Positions 56,015-64,000 of a stretch of 64,000 nucleotides of DNA are shown one piece after another. The notes under the pieces are model-generated. The model ran no database searches. It was not told the origin of the DNA and worked only from the letters and a program-made list of their open reading frames with translations. Source of the DNA: a virus (lineage: Duplodnaviria > Heunggongvirae > Uroviricota > Caudoviricetes). The stretch's first letter is position 1, and each line of letters starts with the position of its first letter. A program made the translations under genes and the position numbers. The DNA lies in IMG/VR virus record IMGVR_UViG_2690315748_000001, positions 60,652-124,651 of that record. The stretch is one strand, 5' to 3'.

Positions 56015-56093
56015 CTTTTTGTTATTTGTCACTGTACCTGTTCAGTTGCATAGTCAGGTTATTCATCTTAACGATCAAATTGGAGGTTCTTAA
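55977..56093 (+). CDS. Secreted signalling pre-pro-peptide candidate (38 aa; C-terminus LNDQIGGS), not in ORF track
   Basis: RBS aaaggtg; signal-peptide-like MLKKVAFLIIATSFLLFVTVPVQL; overlaps end of regulator gene in a different frame. Confidence 0.45.
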   Translation: MLKKVAFLIIATSFLLFVTVPVQLHSQVIHLNDQIGGS

Positions 56094-56146
56094 ACGTGTA
56101 TTAAATTTCGCTAAATGTTGCTTGTTTCACTGAACAAAAATCGGAC

Positions 56147-56290
56147 TTGACTCATTACTTACAACTATTGTATATTATATAAGTAGGGTTGCCAAACTTT
56201 TCGACGGGTCGGGTAATCCGATGACTAAAGAAAAAATGTAGAGGATTACCAAACTTTGGCGGGTGGGGTAGTCCTCTTTTATTATCTACA
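56147..56290 (+). ncRNA. Candidate small RNA (AimX-like position): promoter TTGACT-17-TGTATATTAT then about 110-nt transcript with two direct repeat units and terminator
   Basis: Repeats ttgccaaacttttcgacgggtcgggtaatcc / ttaccaaactttggcgggtggggtagtcc; hairpin gaggattacc...ggtagtcctc + TTTTATT. Confidence 0.35.
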
Positions 56291-56313
56291 TAGAAATAAG
56301 GAGTTGAACTGTT

Positions 56314-56517
56314 GTGAAAATGAGCGTACAGGACGTTCAATGGGTTGCTGGTCAACTAGAAAATATAGCTAACAGTATGACTGATTCCCTAAAGGCTAGA
56401 CAAGATTTAGGTGAGCTTGTAGATGACCATCACATTCGTATTTGTCTAAAGCAAGCTTTAGAGTTGTCTAAAGAAGCTATTGAAAAACATTATTACCAGT
56501 CGAAAGAAGTTGAATAA
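56314..56517 (+). CDS. hypothetical small protein
   Basis: AAGGAG RBS, GTG start; terminator at 56571. Confidence 0.4.
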   Translation: MKMSVQDVQWVAGQLENIANSMTDSLKARQDLGELVDDHHIRICLKQALELSKEAIEKHYYQSKEVE

Positions 56518-56570
56518 TCTGTTTGTTATAGGGTATAATAGTTACATCAATACAAAAGAAATTCCCGATA

Positions 56571-56610
56571 AAAGGATTACCTGAGCAATTAGGTAGTCCT
56601 TTTATTTTTC
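56571..56610 (+). terminator. Rho-independent terminator aaaaggattacct-loop-aggtagtcctttt + TTTTTC
   Basis: Read directly. Confidence 0.65.
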
Positions 56611-56616
56611 TCCCAT

Positions 56617-56654
56617 AAACATATGCACAAAAGTCGTGTTTTGTACATATGTTT
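56617..56654. other. Near-perfect 16-bp-arm palindrome aaacatatgcacaaaa-gtcgtg-ttttgtacatatgttt at the convergent junction
   Basis: One mismatch between arms. Confidence 0.7.
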
Positions 56655-56778
56655 ATATATGTAACTATAGACATATTAGATCAGACAAAATAAAACACGC
56701 CCTATCAAGGACGTGTCTGGTTAAGGGGAAAATTCTAAGGTGTACTAATATAATACCCATTTTTTCGTTACGTAAACA

Positions 56779-57132
56779 TCAAAATGCTCCAGCGGCTTTG
56801 CCGCTTTCTCTTATATAGGAGAAAGTCATATCCTTTTTATTTATAAGTATCCCAAGTTGCGTGAAACGTGCATCCATGTCTTTGGATATAAGAAGGATTT
56901 CTTCTTCGCTCATTCTTTCAAGCAGAGCTTTTAAAAGCTTCCGATCAGAGGGTTCGCTGCTATCTTCGTTATATGGAAACAATCCATCCTCAAACACTGT
57001 GCTAGGAGTCAACGTTGAAAGTTGTTCCTTTGTAAGCCCAAGAAACGTACCTAACAGTAACGCTATGTCTTCTTGCTTTTCTAATTCGGTTATAAAATTA
57101 AAAAATTCAATTCTCTTCATTGGTTCGTTCAT
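56779..57132 (-). CDS. hypothetical protein
   Basis: ORF; minus-strand terminator agcggcaaagccgct+T-run just downstream of its stop. Confidence 0.45.
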   Translation of the reverse strand: MNEPMKRIEFFNFITELEKQEDIALLLGTFLGLTKEQLSTLTPSTVFEDGLFPYNEDSSEPSDRKLLKALLERMSEEEILLISKDMDARFTQLGILINKKDMTFSYIRESGKAAGAF

Positions 57133-57242
57133 TTGGTATTCTCTCCTTTGAGCAATATACGAACGATTTATGTACTTCCGGAATTTGAATGTTCGGTTAT
57201 ATAGATTTTGGCCACCAGGAATGAGCTGATGATTGTTCGTGT

Positions 57243-57518
57243 TTAACGAGAAAAGTATTCATCGGCATCCGTGAGCTGAAATTCCTCTACAAGCTCCACA
57301 TCACCATCTAATTTGAGTTCGATTTTTGCCATCACGTCTTGGCAATCACTAATAATCGCTTTAAGCAAATGATAAGATTCCTTGTATTTTTCACTCTTTG
57401 TCATTTCTTTTAATTTAGAAGATTGATCGTCTAAATTACCAATCATTTTTTCTAAAGTAGCATTCAAGTTAAGATCGTTTTTATACGCTTCTATAAATTT
57501 TCTTTTTGCTTCACCCAT
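57243..57518 (-). CDS. hypothetical coiled-coil protein
   Basis: ORF with RBS on minus strand (agaggtgaaaag). Confidence 0.45.
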   Translation of the reverse strand: MGEAKRKFIEAYKNDLNLNATLEKMIGNLDDQSSKLKEMTKSEKYKESYHLLKAIISDCQDVMAKIELKLDGDVELVEEFQLTDADEYFSR

Positions 57519-57778
57519 TCTCTTTTCACCTCTTTATATTTATATTAACAAAAGCCCTCCTATGGGATGGAAGGCTTTTGGGTGGAACTCTGAATATGGC
57601 AATTCAGCTTAATTATAAGTATGAGAAAGTGTAAAGTCAAACTTTATTCCGAACCCTTAACATAAAAATAAATCCATACCATCACTATATCTATCTTTGA
57701 TTTCTTTTTCCTCTTTAAATTTCTCAAAATCCTCTTGTGTTTTTAAAGAAAACCTAGACAAATAATCACCTCATATAA

Positions 57779-57815
57779 AAAAATGGTCTGCCTTTCAAAA
57801 AGTCAGACCATTAAC
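57779..57815 (-). terminator. Rho-independent terminator on minus strand
   Basis: Minus strand reads aatggtctgactttttgaaaggcagaccatt + TTTTTTT. Confidence 0.7.
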
Positions 57816-58193
57816 ATTGGGTAATAATGTTGAATATGCACTATCCTTTATTTTAGCATAACCCCCTTCCTTAGTCAAAGGGTTTGGTGAACTTTACTTT
57901 TGTGAATTTTTCAAAGCCTGAAAATTTCATTATAGTTTTATTAATTCGGTTCTTGTTACTACTGTCTATGAATCATCATGCCATCATACCTAAACGAATA
58001 AAAGACGGTAGCAATTTTTGACCACATAAATAGCCGAAACTATATGGTGGATTCGCTACCGTCCTCTTGCTCAATATACCCTCCAAATAAGGTACAAAAG
58101 TATTATGTCCGCTCTGATCATTTTATATTCATTATTTAATCACTCTATAAACGACAAAATTGCACCCTCCCATTTAAGGGAAGGTGCTTAGTT

Positions 58194-58454
58194 TTACTTA
58201 GTGCTTTCTTTCTTGCCAAGAAGGTCAGCGACGATTTCGATGGTGAAGCTTACGATTTCTGCGACAGTCTTGGAATCGACCTTATCTTTAATACTCTGAG
58301 GGAGTTTATTATACAACCCATAGACAATCTCGCCTTCTTTACTCTGTAGAGTCCCTACCAACGAACCGATCACAACGTCATACACCTTGTTTGGCTGTTT
58401 GATGTAGAGGATAACAATAATAGCGATAATCAATAAAGCAACAATATATTCCAT
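58194..58454 (-). CDS. small membrane protein (possible holin-like)
   Basis: N-terminal TM helix IVALLIIAIIVILYI. Confidence 0.4.
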   Translation of the reverse strand: MEYIVALLIIAIIVILYIKQPNKVYDVVIGSLVGTLQSKEGEIVYGLYNKLPQSIKDKVDSKTVAEIVSFTIEIVADLLGKKESTK

Positions 58455-58469
58455 CTTGAATCATCTCCT

Positions 58470-58709
58470 TTATTTCATTTGTACAAGAATCTTTTGTAGC
58501 AGTTGAACGTAGTCACGCAAATCAGGCTTGCTCATCGTTTGAACAACCGAGAAAGAAACCGATTCGTCAATGCTTTCCAGCTTGACGATATCGGCATCTC
58601 CTGCTTGGTTGGATTCAATGCTGATGACATTACGTTTATCTGCGTCAATAGGAATCTGAACCTCTTTGATCACTTCCGAAAAATCAGAATATCGAACTAC
58701 AACTTCCAT
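58470..58709 (-). CDS. hypothetical protein
   Basis: ORF. Confidence 0.4.
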   Translation of the reverse strand: MEVVVRYSDFSEVIKEVQIPIDADKRNVISIESNQAGDADIVKLESIDESVSFSVVQTMSKPDLRDYVQLLQKILVQMK

Positions 58710-58724
58710 TGACGATCACCCACC

Positions 58725-58988
58725 TTAATTAATCTTCTTCAAAAGCAGGAACAGCTTGGACACAAGACCTCTATCTGTGAGCCATTCATCACCTTTGTCT
58801 TCGAGAATGTCAAGCTGTTCACCCTGCTCAATTCCCTTGCCATCAACGATAAGGTTGGTTGTAGCGATACCCAAAGAAATAGGTTTAGCTTTCACTTCTA
58901 CCCCTACTTCCACTTCAACCTTCTCTACGACCTCTGATTCCTGAACTGCCTTAGCGCGTGGTTTTCTTGTCTGTACTTTCTCCTGCAT
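58725..58988 (-). CDS. hypothetical protein
   Basis: ORF. Confidence 0.4.
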   Translation of the reverse strand: MQEKVQTRKPRAKAVQESEVVEKVEVEVGVEVKAKPISLGIATTNLIVDGKGIEQGEQLDILEDKGDEWLTDRGLVSKLFLLLKKIN

Positions 58989-59002
58989 TTAAAGCCCTCC
59001 TT

Positions 59003-59947
59003 TTAGTTCTGTGTTCTGCTAACGATTGCGAATGTCAGTGTAGCCAATTCACCAGCAGTAAGTGTTCCTTTATTAACCTTGTCAATCCACGTTTGCGGAC
59101 TGTTGATTACAGGCTCACCATCAACGATCACTTTGTTATACTTCTTGACTCCTTCGATGATTGTGGTTTTCTGCCATTGTGCCAGCTCCATAGGTTCATC
59201 ATCTCCCTTGTCTGTCTTAGTATCAATATTGCTTTCAGTCTTAGTCTTAGCAGCGTCCAATACAGCATTAAGCTTTTTCAGTGTTGTTTGACCAGCAATA
59301 CCATCAGCGGTTAAAGCATATTTTTTCTGGAAACTTGCTACAGCATCATAAGTAGCTTTTCCAAAATCACCATCAGCAGCAAGACTATAACCAACAGCAT
59401 TAAGCTTCTGTTGTAGAGCAACAACATTGTTATTATTGTCTCCCATTTGAATTACACCACTTGAACTGGCTGAGTTGCTTGTGCCACTTGTTGAAGGAAC
59501 AGATGTAGGTGGCATTGCTCCTGCTCTCAACTGTGCTGTAGTAAGACCAAATGTGAGCTGGAAGTGAGGAATATCTTTAATTGACTTAAAATCTCCACCC
59601 CATTCAAGACCCAACGATTTACCAATTGCACCAACTCGTTTCCATCTGCTGTCTATAGTCCAATTGATGGTTTTACCATCAGAATTATATACTGCAAAAT
59701 CAAACGCCAGTCCAAAGTTGTGGTAGCTTGTACCACCCTTTGCATTTGTCACGATCTTGCCAGATGTTGTTCTTCCTTGGGCATACAATGCATTTTGCTC
59801 TGCAATTGTTCTTAGCCCTTGTGTAACTAAAATCCAAATACCTTCGGAGTAAGCTTTTTCAATTAATTGAATGGCTTTAGCTTTCAGTGTGGGGTTAATT
59901 GCATTCAATTTTGTCTCACTCTTTTTGAGTAATGACTGCAAGTCCAT
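59003..59947 (-). CDS. Endolysin: M15 (VanY/CwlK-type) L-alanyl-D-glutamate peptidase with C-terminal PG_binding_1 domain
   Basis: SYHNFGLAFDF ... DIPHF LAS-type zinc motifs; C-terminal GYSLAADGDFGKATYDAVASFQKKYALTADGIAG peptidoglycan-binding repeat. Confidence 0.7.
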   Translation of the reverse strand: MDLQSLLKKSETKLNAINPTLKAKAIQLIEKAYSEGIWILVTQGLRTIAEQNALYAQGRTTSGKIVTNAKGGTSYHNFGLAFDFAVYNSDGKTINWTIDSRWKRVGAIGKSLGLEWGGDFKSIKDIPHFQLTFGLTTAQLRAGAMPPTSVPSTSGTSNSASSSGVIQMGDNNNNVVALQQKLNAVGYSLAADGDFGKATYDAVASFQKKYALTADGIAGQTTLKKLNAVLDAAKTKTESNIDTKTDKGDDEPMELAQWQKTTIIEGVKKYNKVIVDGEPVINSPQTWIDKVNKGTLTAGELATLTFAIVSRTQN

Positions 59948-60000
59948 ACACCATTACCTCCTTTTATTATAGTACTTTCTTTAGCTCCCTTAAAAGTTAA

Positions 60001-60261
60001 TTACGGAAGCTTTGTGCCTGTGTCGTCCATACTTGATGAATCATCGTATGTAACGACACTCTTCTTCGTTGTGAATGTCTCTGCAACTTTGATGCCTGTG
60101 AATGCTCCTAGCTCGTAGGCAAGTAACATCAGCATATTGTCTGAAATATCACCAAAATTTACAGCCTGATACAGAGCAACCACCAATGTAATGAAGAAAG
60201 CTAGAATCAATGCCGATATTTTAGTTTCATCCATCGACAGACCATCCTTAATCCATTTCAT
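60001..60261 (-). CDS. holin-like membrane protein
   Basis: Two TM helices; adjacent to endolysin. Confidence 0.5.
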   Translation of the reverse strand: MKWIKDGLSMDETKISALILAFFITLVVALYQAVNFGDISDNMLMLLAYELGAFTGIKVAETFTTKKSVVTYDDSSSMDDTGTKLP

Positions 60262-60267
60262 AGGTCA

Positions 60268-60612
60268 TCACACCTCTCTGCCTTTGAACGCTTGCAGTTC
60301 AGTACGCAAATCGTCAACCTTCACTTGCAGACGCTTGTTCTCCAACGTCAAATCAAGATTGATTTTATGAAGCTGTGTAACTTCTTCGCTCAAAGTCCTG
60401 ATTTCTTCCCTTGCTTCGTCAAGGTCATTCTTATACCCATTAAGAGTATCCATCAAGCCTTGCCTAAACGCTTTCTCATCCTCGGATAATGACATTCTAT
60501 CGTTCAGCGTTATATCTTTCTTGTTAGTGTTTTTTGTTGCCAAAAACGTACCAACAGATGCAACAATCGCTGTCAGTGCAGGAACGACGATTTGCATAAC
60601 CTCTGGTGTCAT
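60268..60612 (-). CDS. XhlA-like membrane/coiled-coil lysis-associated protein
   Basis: N-terminal TM helix then long coiled coil; position upstream of holin/endolysin. Confidence 0.45.
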   Translation of the reverse strand: MTPEVMQIVVPALTAIVASVGTFLATKNTNKKDITLNDRMSLSEDEKAFRQGLMDTLNGYKNDLDEAREEIRTLSEEVTQLHKINLDLTLENKRLQVKVDDLRTELQAFKGREV

Positions 60613-60762
60613 CGGGAATCACACCCCTTTACTAGAAAATTAGTTTATCACTCCCTCTCTCTATATAAAGTGATGAGGGGTTATTCTGTTTGATGTATTG
60701 ACAACGATTCTGTACAAACAAAAATAAGAGGAATGCCACATTGGACATTCCTCTTATTTGCC

Positions 60763-61131
60763 TTACAGTTGTACTTCTGTAGTACCAGTGAAGCTATCCG
60801 ATTTCGCTTTCAAAGCTGTGATAGCAGTTTGTACTCGTTCAGAGATTGTGTCTGCGAATGCATTTGCAACAACTTGCGCTTTATCGCCATATTGCGCTTG
60901 CGTGAATACACGAACAATCGGAAAGTCCGTTGGAAGATACTTGAAGGAATCACCAATGGTTGCTTCTGGTGTGGTACCACCAGTAACCTTTAGTTCACCG
61001 CCGATGTTGATCTGAATCTTGCCATAATCATTAAAGAGTTCAGTTTCAACTTCCTGAATGTCGGCAACTGCGATACTCACCTCGTAGTTATTGTTCGCCA
61101 ACTTCTTCTCGATAACCAATTTCATATGCAC
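60763..61131 (-). CDS. hypothetical protein
   Basis: ORF. Confidence 0.45.
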   Translation of the reverse strand: MHMKLVIEKKLANNNYEVSIAVADIQEVETELFNDYGKIQINIGGELKVTGGTTPEATIGDSFKYLPTDFPIVRVFTQAQYGDKAQVVANAFADTISERVQTAITALKAKSDSFTGTTEVQL

Positions 61132-61240
61132 TACCTCGCTTCATTGTCAATTTAGGGTTCAATATAGAAAGTGTTTACTGGAGTCTATATTCCCCTATTT
61201 TTAGACCCTAGTAATTTACTGCATTTTCTCTCCTATACTT

Positions 61241-61275
61241 CTCAATAAAATCCAGATTCCATTTAGAAATTAATC
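61241..61275 (+). repeat. Second repeated intergenic element, copy 4 (plus-strand orientation inside a minus-strand gene cluster; lacks GGAGG)
   Basis: ctcaataaaatccagaTTCCATTTAGAAATTAATCCTCG. Confidence 0.6.
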
Positions 61276-61665
61276 CTCGAAATGAGGAAGGAACGAACCT
61301 GTAATGCTCACTATCTTTTGATCACTTTTCGATTGGAAAACCATACAATTATATCTCTTGTTTTCACCTCGAACACCACCAACATAACATTTTATAGGCA
61401 CTCCCGAACTTTCAAGCTGACGATTAAACTCATCTACAAGGTCAGCCCTTCGTACTACGCCATTAAAACCATAAGTACCAGCAGGAATACCTACGGTGTA
61501 TGTTGTACCATCTGCCACTTCGAACGTTAGTAAATTCATTGATGCAGGAATGTCTATACTATTTGTGATATCTCCATCTCCCCAAACACGATTATATGCA
61601 TCAACATATTGAGTCATATGAACATCTCCTTCAATAATAATGATAGCCCTATAGCTTTTCGCCAT
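61270..61665 (-). CDS. hypothetical protein
   Basis: ORF. Confidence 0.45.
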   Translation of the reverse strand: MAKSYRAIIIIEGDVHMTQYVDAYNRVWGDGDITNSIDIPASMNLLTFEVADGTTYTVGIPAGTYGFNGVVRRADLVDEFNRQLESSGVPIKCYVGGVRGENKRYNCMVFQSKSDQKIVSITGSFLPHFED

Positions 61666-61677
61666 AGGGCTTGTTTG

Positions 61678-63399
61678 TTAAATGATGAAGTAGTAAGCCC
61701 CCATCAATCCTCCAACACTCAGGTATGATCCAAGGTCACTTGCATCTCTTGCTCTTATATAGGCAAACGTCTCTATATCATCTTCTCCACTAATTCTAGG
61801 ATACAGGAATCCATGGAGATTTTTCTTACTGACAGTAAGTGTGCCATCGACTTGAACCATGTATTTAACATCCATTGTCGATATCAACTCTGTTACACTT
61901 CTGACAAACATTGTTCCAGTCATGTATTCACGTTCTTTTACATACAGCGTTGCGTCTTTCTGCTCTACATTATGAATATCAAAGAAACCAAGAAGCTCAT
62001 CCCTTGATACTCCAATCGTACTTTCTACATAACTGTAGTTTGGAACCTCAATAATCGCTTCCAGAGGTGATTCATTAATACCAATGATTCGCATTGTACC
62101 AACAAGCTCTTCTCTTGAAACAGCAAATGTAGCTTCACGATCTTCATTCAGATCATAGCGAACCATTAGCGTTGCTTCGAGACTAATATTAGGGTCAACC
62201 GTAAGTCTCGCTGCGAAGTCTGGTTTACTGATGCCTAGTTTAGATTGTTTGTCTTCGTTTCTATATCCATATACAGTCAGCGTTGCTGGTCTACTATCTT
62301 CATCACGAATGGTGATTTTCATAGTAGCGTGTTGATCTGGCTTAGACGCAATCAAGTTAGCCTTCACATCATAAGGAACTGGATACTCGGCTCTGTGAAC
62401 ATAGAGTGAAGCAGTAAATTGATCGTCGTTAGTGTAAGTACTATCTACAGTCAACCTACCATTTATATCAACATCTCCTCCACCAATGATGAACATTGTA
62501 GAGTTTATATCAGCTCTACCAGGACTGTAGATTTTGTTGGAGATGTACTTTATATCTATGAAAGGCTTCATTCTACCTTCTCTTGTGTAGAAGCTTGTTG
62601 CATACTTATTGTTCGATGCGATAATTAAACCAAAGTTGTCCGTTTGTTCATTACGCCATCTCATTACCAATTCCTTGATATCAAACTCAACATACCTTTC
62701 GACAGTATTGATGGTGTAGGAGCTAGTAATCAATTCAATTGGGCTTGGTCTGTTTGCATGTGTGATACCATACTCATACCAGATTTTGTCTGGAAGGTAC
62801 AACGAAAGGTCAACGTCTTCTATGAAGTCACCTACATAGTACAATCTTAGGTTTGCTTTCTCTAGGAGTTGCAAGTCTTGAAGATAATCTTTGATGTTCC
62901 CAAACTTAATGAATGATTCCATGTACTCTTCACCATCAGTAGTTGAGGTTGATCTACCAACCATCATACGTTGAGAATCACCATAGTTAATCGTCATTAG
63001 GTCTGGTCTACTACGAGTTGTTGAATCTTCTGTGCTAAACGCTTCTTTTAATACTCTTGGAGGTGGTAGGATTTCAAATATACCAAACATCCTATTGTTA
63101 GGTCTGATTTCTAAATAAGAATCAAGGTATGTTGATCCTATAACTTCTAGGAAACTTTCAAATTGATCGTCGTTTCCACGATACTTGATATCCATTGTCG
63201 CCCTTAAATCTGACTCTTTTTGAGTCCTAACTGAAAGGTGAGAGACAAGAGGATTTTCATCTTTAATCTTGACAATCATGGTTGAATCCATGTCTTTGTC
63301 GTCCACTTGATACAGCTTAAAAACACCCTCCATTCTGTTAGAGGGTGTCCTTATCATTAAGGTGCTGTTTACATCATCATAGAACCAAATGTCGTTCAT
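61678..63399 (-). CDS. large phage structural protein (tail/baseplate candidate)
   Basis: 573 aa, beta-rich, late-module position. Confidence 0.4.
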   Translation of the reverse strand: MNDIWFYDDVNSTLMIRTPSNRMEGVFKLYQVDDKDMDSTMIVKIKDENPLVSHLSVRTQKESDLRATMDIKYRGNDDQFESFLEVIGSTYLDSYLEIRPNNRMFGIFEILPPPRVLKEAFSTEDSTTRSRPDLMTINYGDSQRMMVGRSTSTTDGEEYMESFIKFGNIKDYLQDLQLLEKANLRLYYVGDFIEDVDLSLYLPDKIWYEYGITHANRPSPIELITSSYTINTVERYVEFDIKELVMRWRNEQTDNFGLIIASNNKYATSFYTREGRMKPFIDIKYISNKIYSPGRADINSTMFIIGGGDVDINGRLTVDSTYTNDDQFTASLYVHRAEYPVPYDVKANLIASKPDQHATMKITIRDEDSRPATLTVYGYRNEDKQSKLGISKPDFAARLTVDPNISLEATLMVRYDLNEDREATFAVSREELVGTMRIIGINESPLEAIIEVPNYSYVESTIGVSRDELLGFFDIHNVEQKDATLYVKEREYMTGTMFVRSVTELISTMDVKYMVQVDGTLTVSKKNLHGFLYPRISGEDDIETFAYIRARDASDLGSYLSVGGLMGAYYFII

Positions 63400-63430
63400 C
63401 TATCTCACTTCCGATCTCATTGTATTGAGA

Positions 63431-63916
63431 CTAAATAACTCTGTCTGCATTTACCCGAATATCAAACTTGCCAGATGGTTCTTCATCTGCCGTAATTGTA
63501 GTTGCAATCCGCACAGCAAATCCCACTGAATCCCCTGTCGAAAGCACATCTGGATAAAAGAGTTCAGGAAGTGGAATAAATGGCGTTTGTTCTTTTGACA
63601 ACTCGACAGTTACACCATTAAGTGGGGTGCCATTACGCATTGGCTGTATAGCCGTAAGCGATACGTTTTCCACATCGTAACCAATGTTATTTACCAATAG
63701 AACCTTATAATCAACTGTTGTTTGTCCTGCAATGATCTGACCGAAGTCTAGGTTCTTCAACACTTCGCCAAATGCTGTGGTGTAGAAGCTGCCCGACTCA
63801 TCTGTAAACACCAATCCAGAGTGAGTTCCGATAAAAGTCATCGTCCAAGCGTCTACAAGACCCCAATAATCCTGAAACTCTACTTTTACTGTATTGTTTA
63901 CACCAAAGTTAATCAT
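63431..63916 (-). CDS. phage structural protein candidate
   Basis: ORF in late module. Confidence 0.4.
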   Translation of the reverse strand: MINFGVNNTVKVEFQDYWGLVDAWTMTFIGTHSGLVFTDESGSFYTTAFGEVLKNLDFGQIIAGQTTVDYKVLLVNNIGYDVENVSLTAIQPMRNGTPLNGVTVELSKEQTPFIPLPELFYPDVLSTGDSVGFAVRIATTITADEEPSGKFDIRVNADRVI

Positions 63917-64000
63917 CCTATCATCGACAACGATGTTAATGTCGTATGGAGAAGCAAGTAACTCCGTAAAATGACCAGTCGCAGGATAGTATGGGTTTCC
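63914..64000 (-). CDS. 3' end of another minus-strand gene (partial, continues past window)
   Basis: Open frame to window edge ending in TGA overlapping ATG of 63431..63916 gene (ATGA overlap). Confidence 0.3.

Noticed and set aside
1-64000. Search for tRNA or rRNA genes
   Set aside because: No cloverleaf-compatible segments with conserved T-loop (GTTCRANYC) or D-loop motifs outside coding regions. The few matches to TAGCTCAG or GGTTCGA lie inside well-supported CDSs.

Overview
This window looks like part of a large Bacillus-type dsDNA phage genome, AT-rich and using sigma-A-like promoters. The organisation and gene content resemble SPbeta-like phages; that comparison is an inference from gene content, not from a search. 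No tRNA genes or CRISPR arrays were seen.

- 1..48400, plus strand: a dense early replication and nucleotide-metabolism module.
  - Replication: AAA+ ATPase, three-domain Pnkp-like RNA-repair enzyme (kinase, phosphatase, ligase), DnaB-like helicase, TOPRIM primase, DHH/RecJ-like nuclease, ATP-dependent DNA ligase, RNase H, HNH endonuclease, PolC/DnaE-type polymerase with an N-terminal PHP domain, RusA-like resolvase.
  - Nucleotide supply: guanylate-kinase-like dNMP kinase, NrdI-NrdE-NrdF-NrdH, class III NrdD, dUTPase, ThyA-like, DHFR, HD-domain nucleotidase, thymidine kinase.
  - NAD salvage: NadV, NMNAT and a Nudix hydrolase.
  - About 40 small ORFs of unknown function.
- Repeated elements: a highly conserved ~20-nt motif (AGGAGCCGAAGAAAGTACTA) recurs at least 15 times in intergenic positions. 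In four copies it forms the exact 17-nt spacer of a TTGACA-N17-TATAAT promoter. A second ~40-nt intergenic element occurs four times.
- 48400..56700, plus strand: an accessory regulatory island.
  - An operon with an RHH autoregulator, tandem palindromic operators and an ImmA-like HEXXH protease.
  - Two candidate peptide-signalling cassettes: a TPR protein with an overlapping pre-peptide carrying a tandem NHGANS repeat, and an HTH-TPR regulator of the RRNPP/AimR type (the Rap/NprR/PlcR/PrgX quorum-sensing family) with an overlapping 38-aa secreted peptide and a downstream small-RNA-like locus.
  - An AbrB-like regulator, a secreted protein, and structured non-coding DNA.
- 56780 to the window end, minus strand: a late module with lysis genes (XhlA-like protein, holin, M15 peptidase endolysin with a PG-binding domain) and structural genes.
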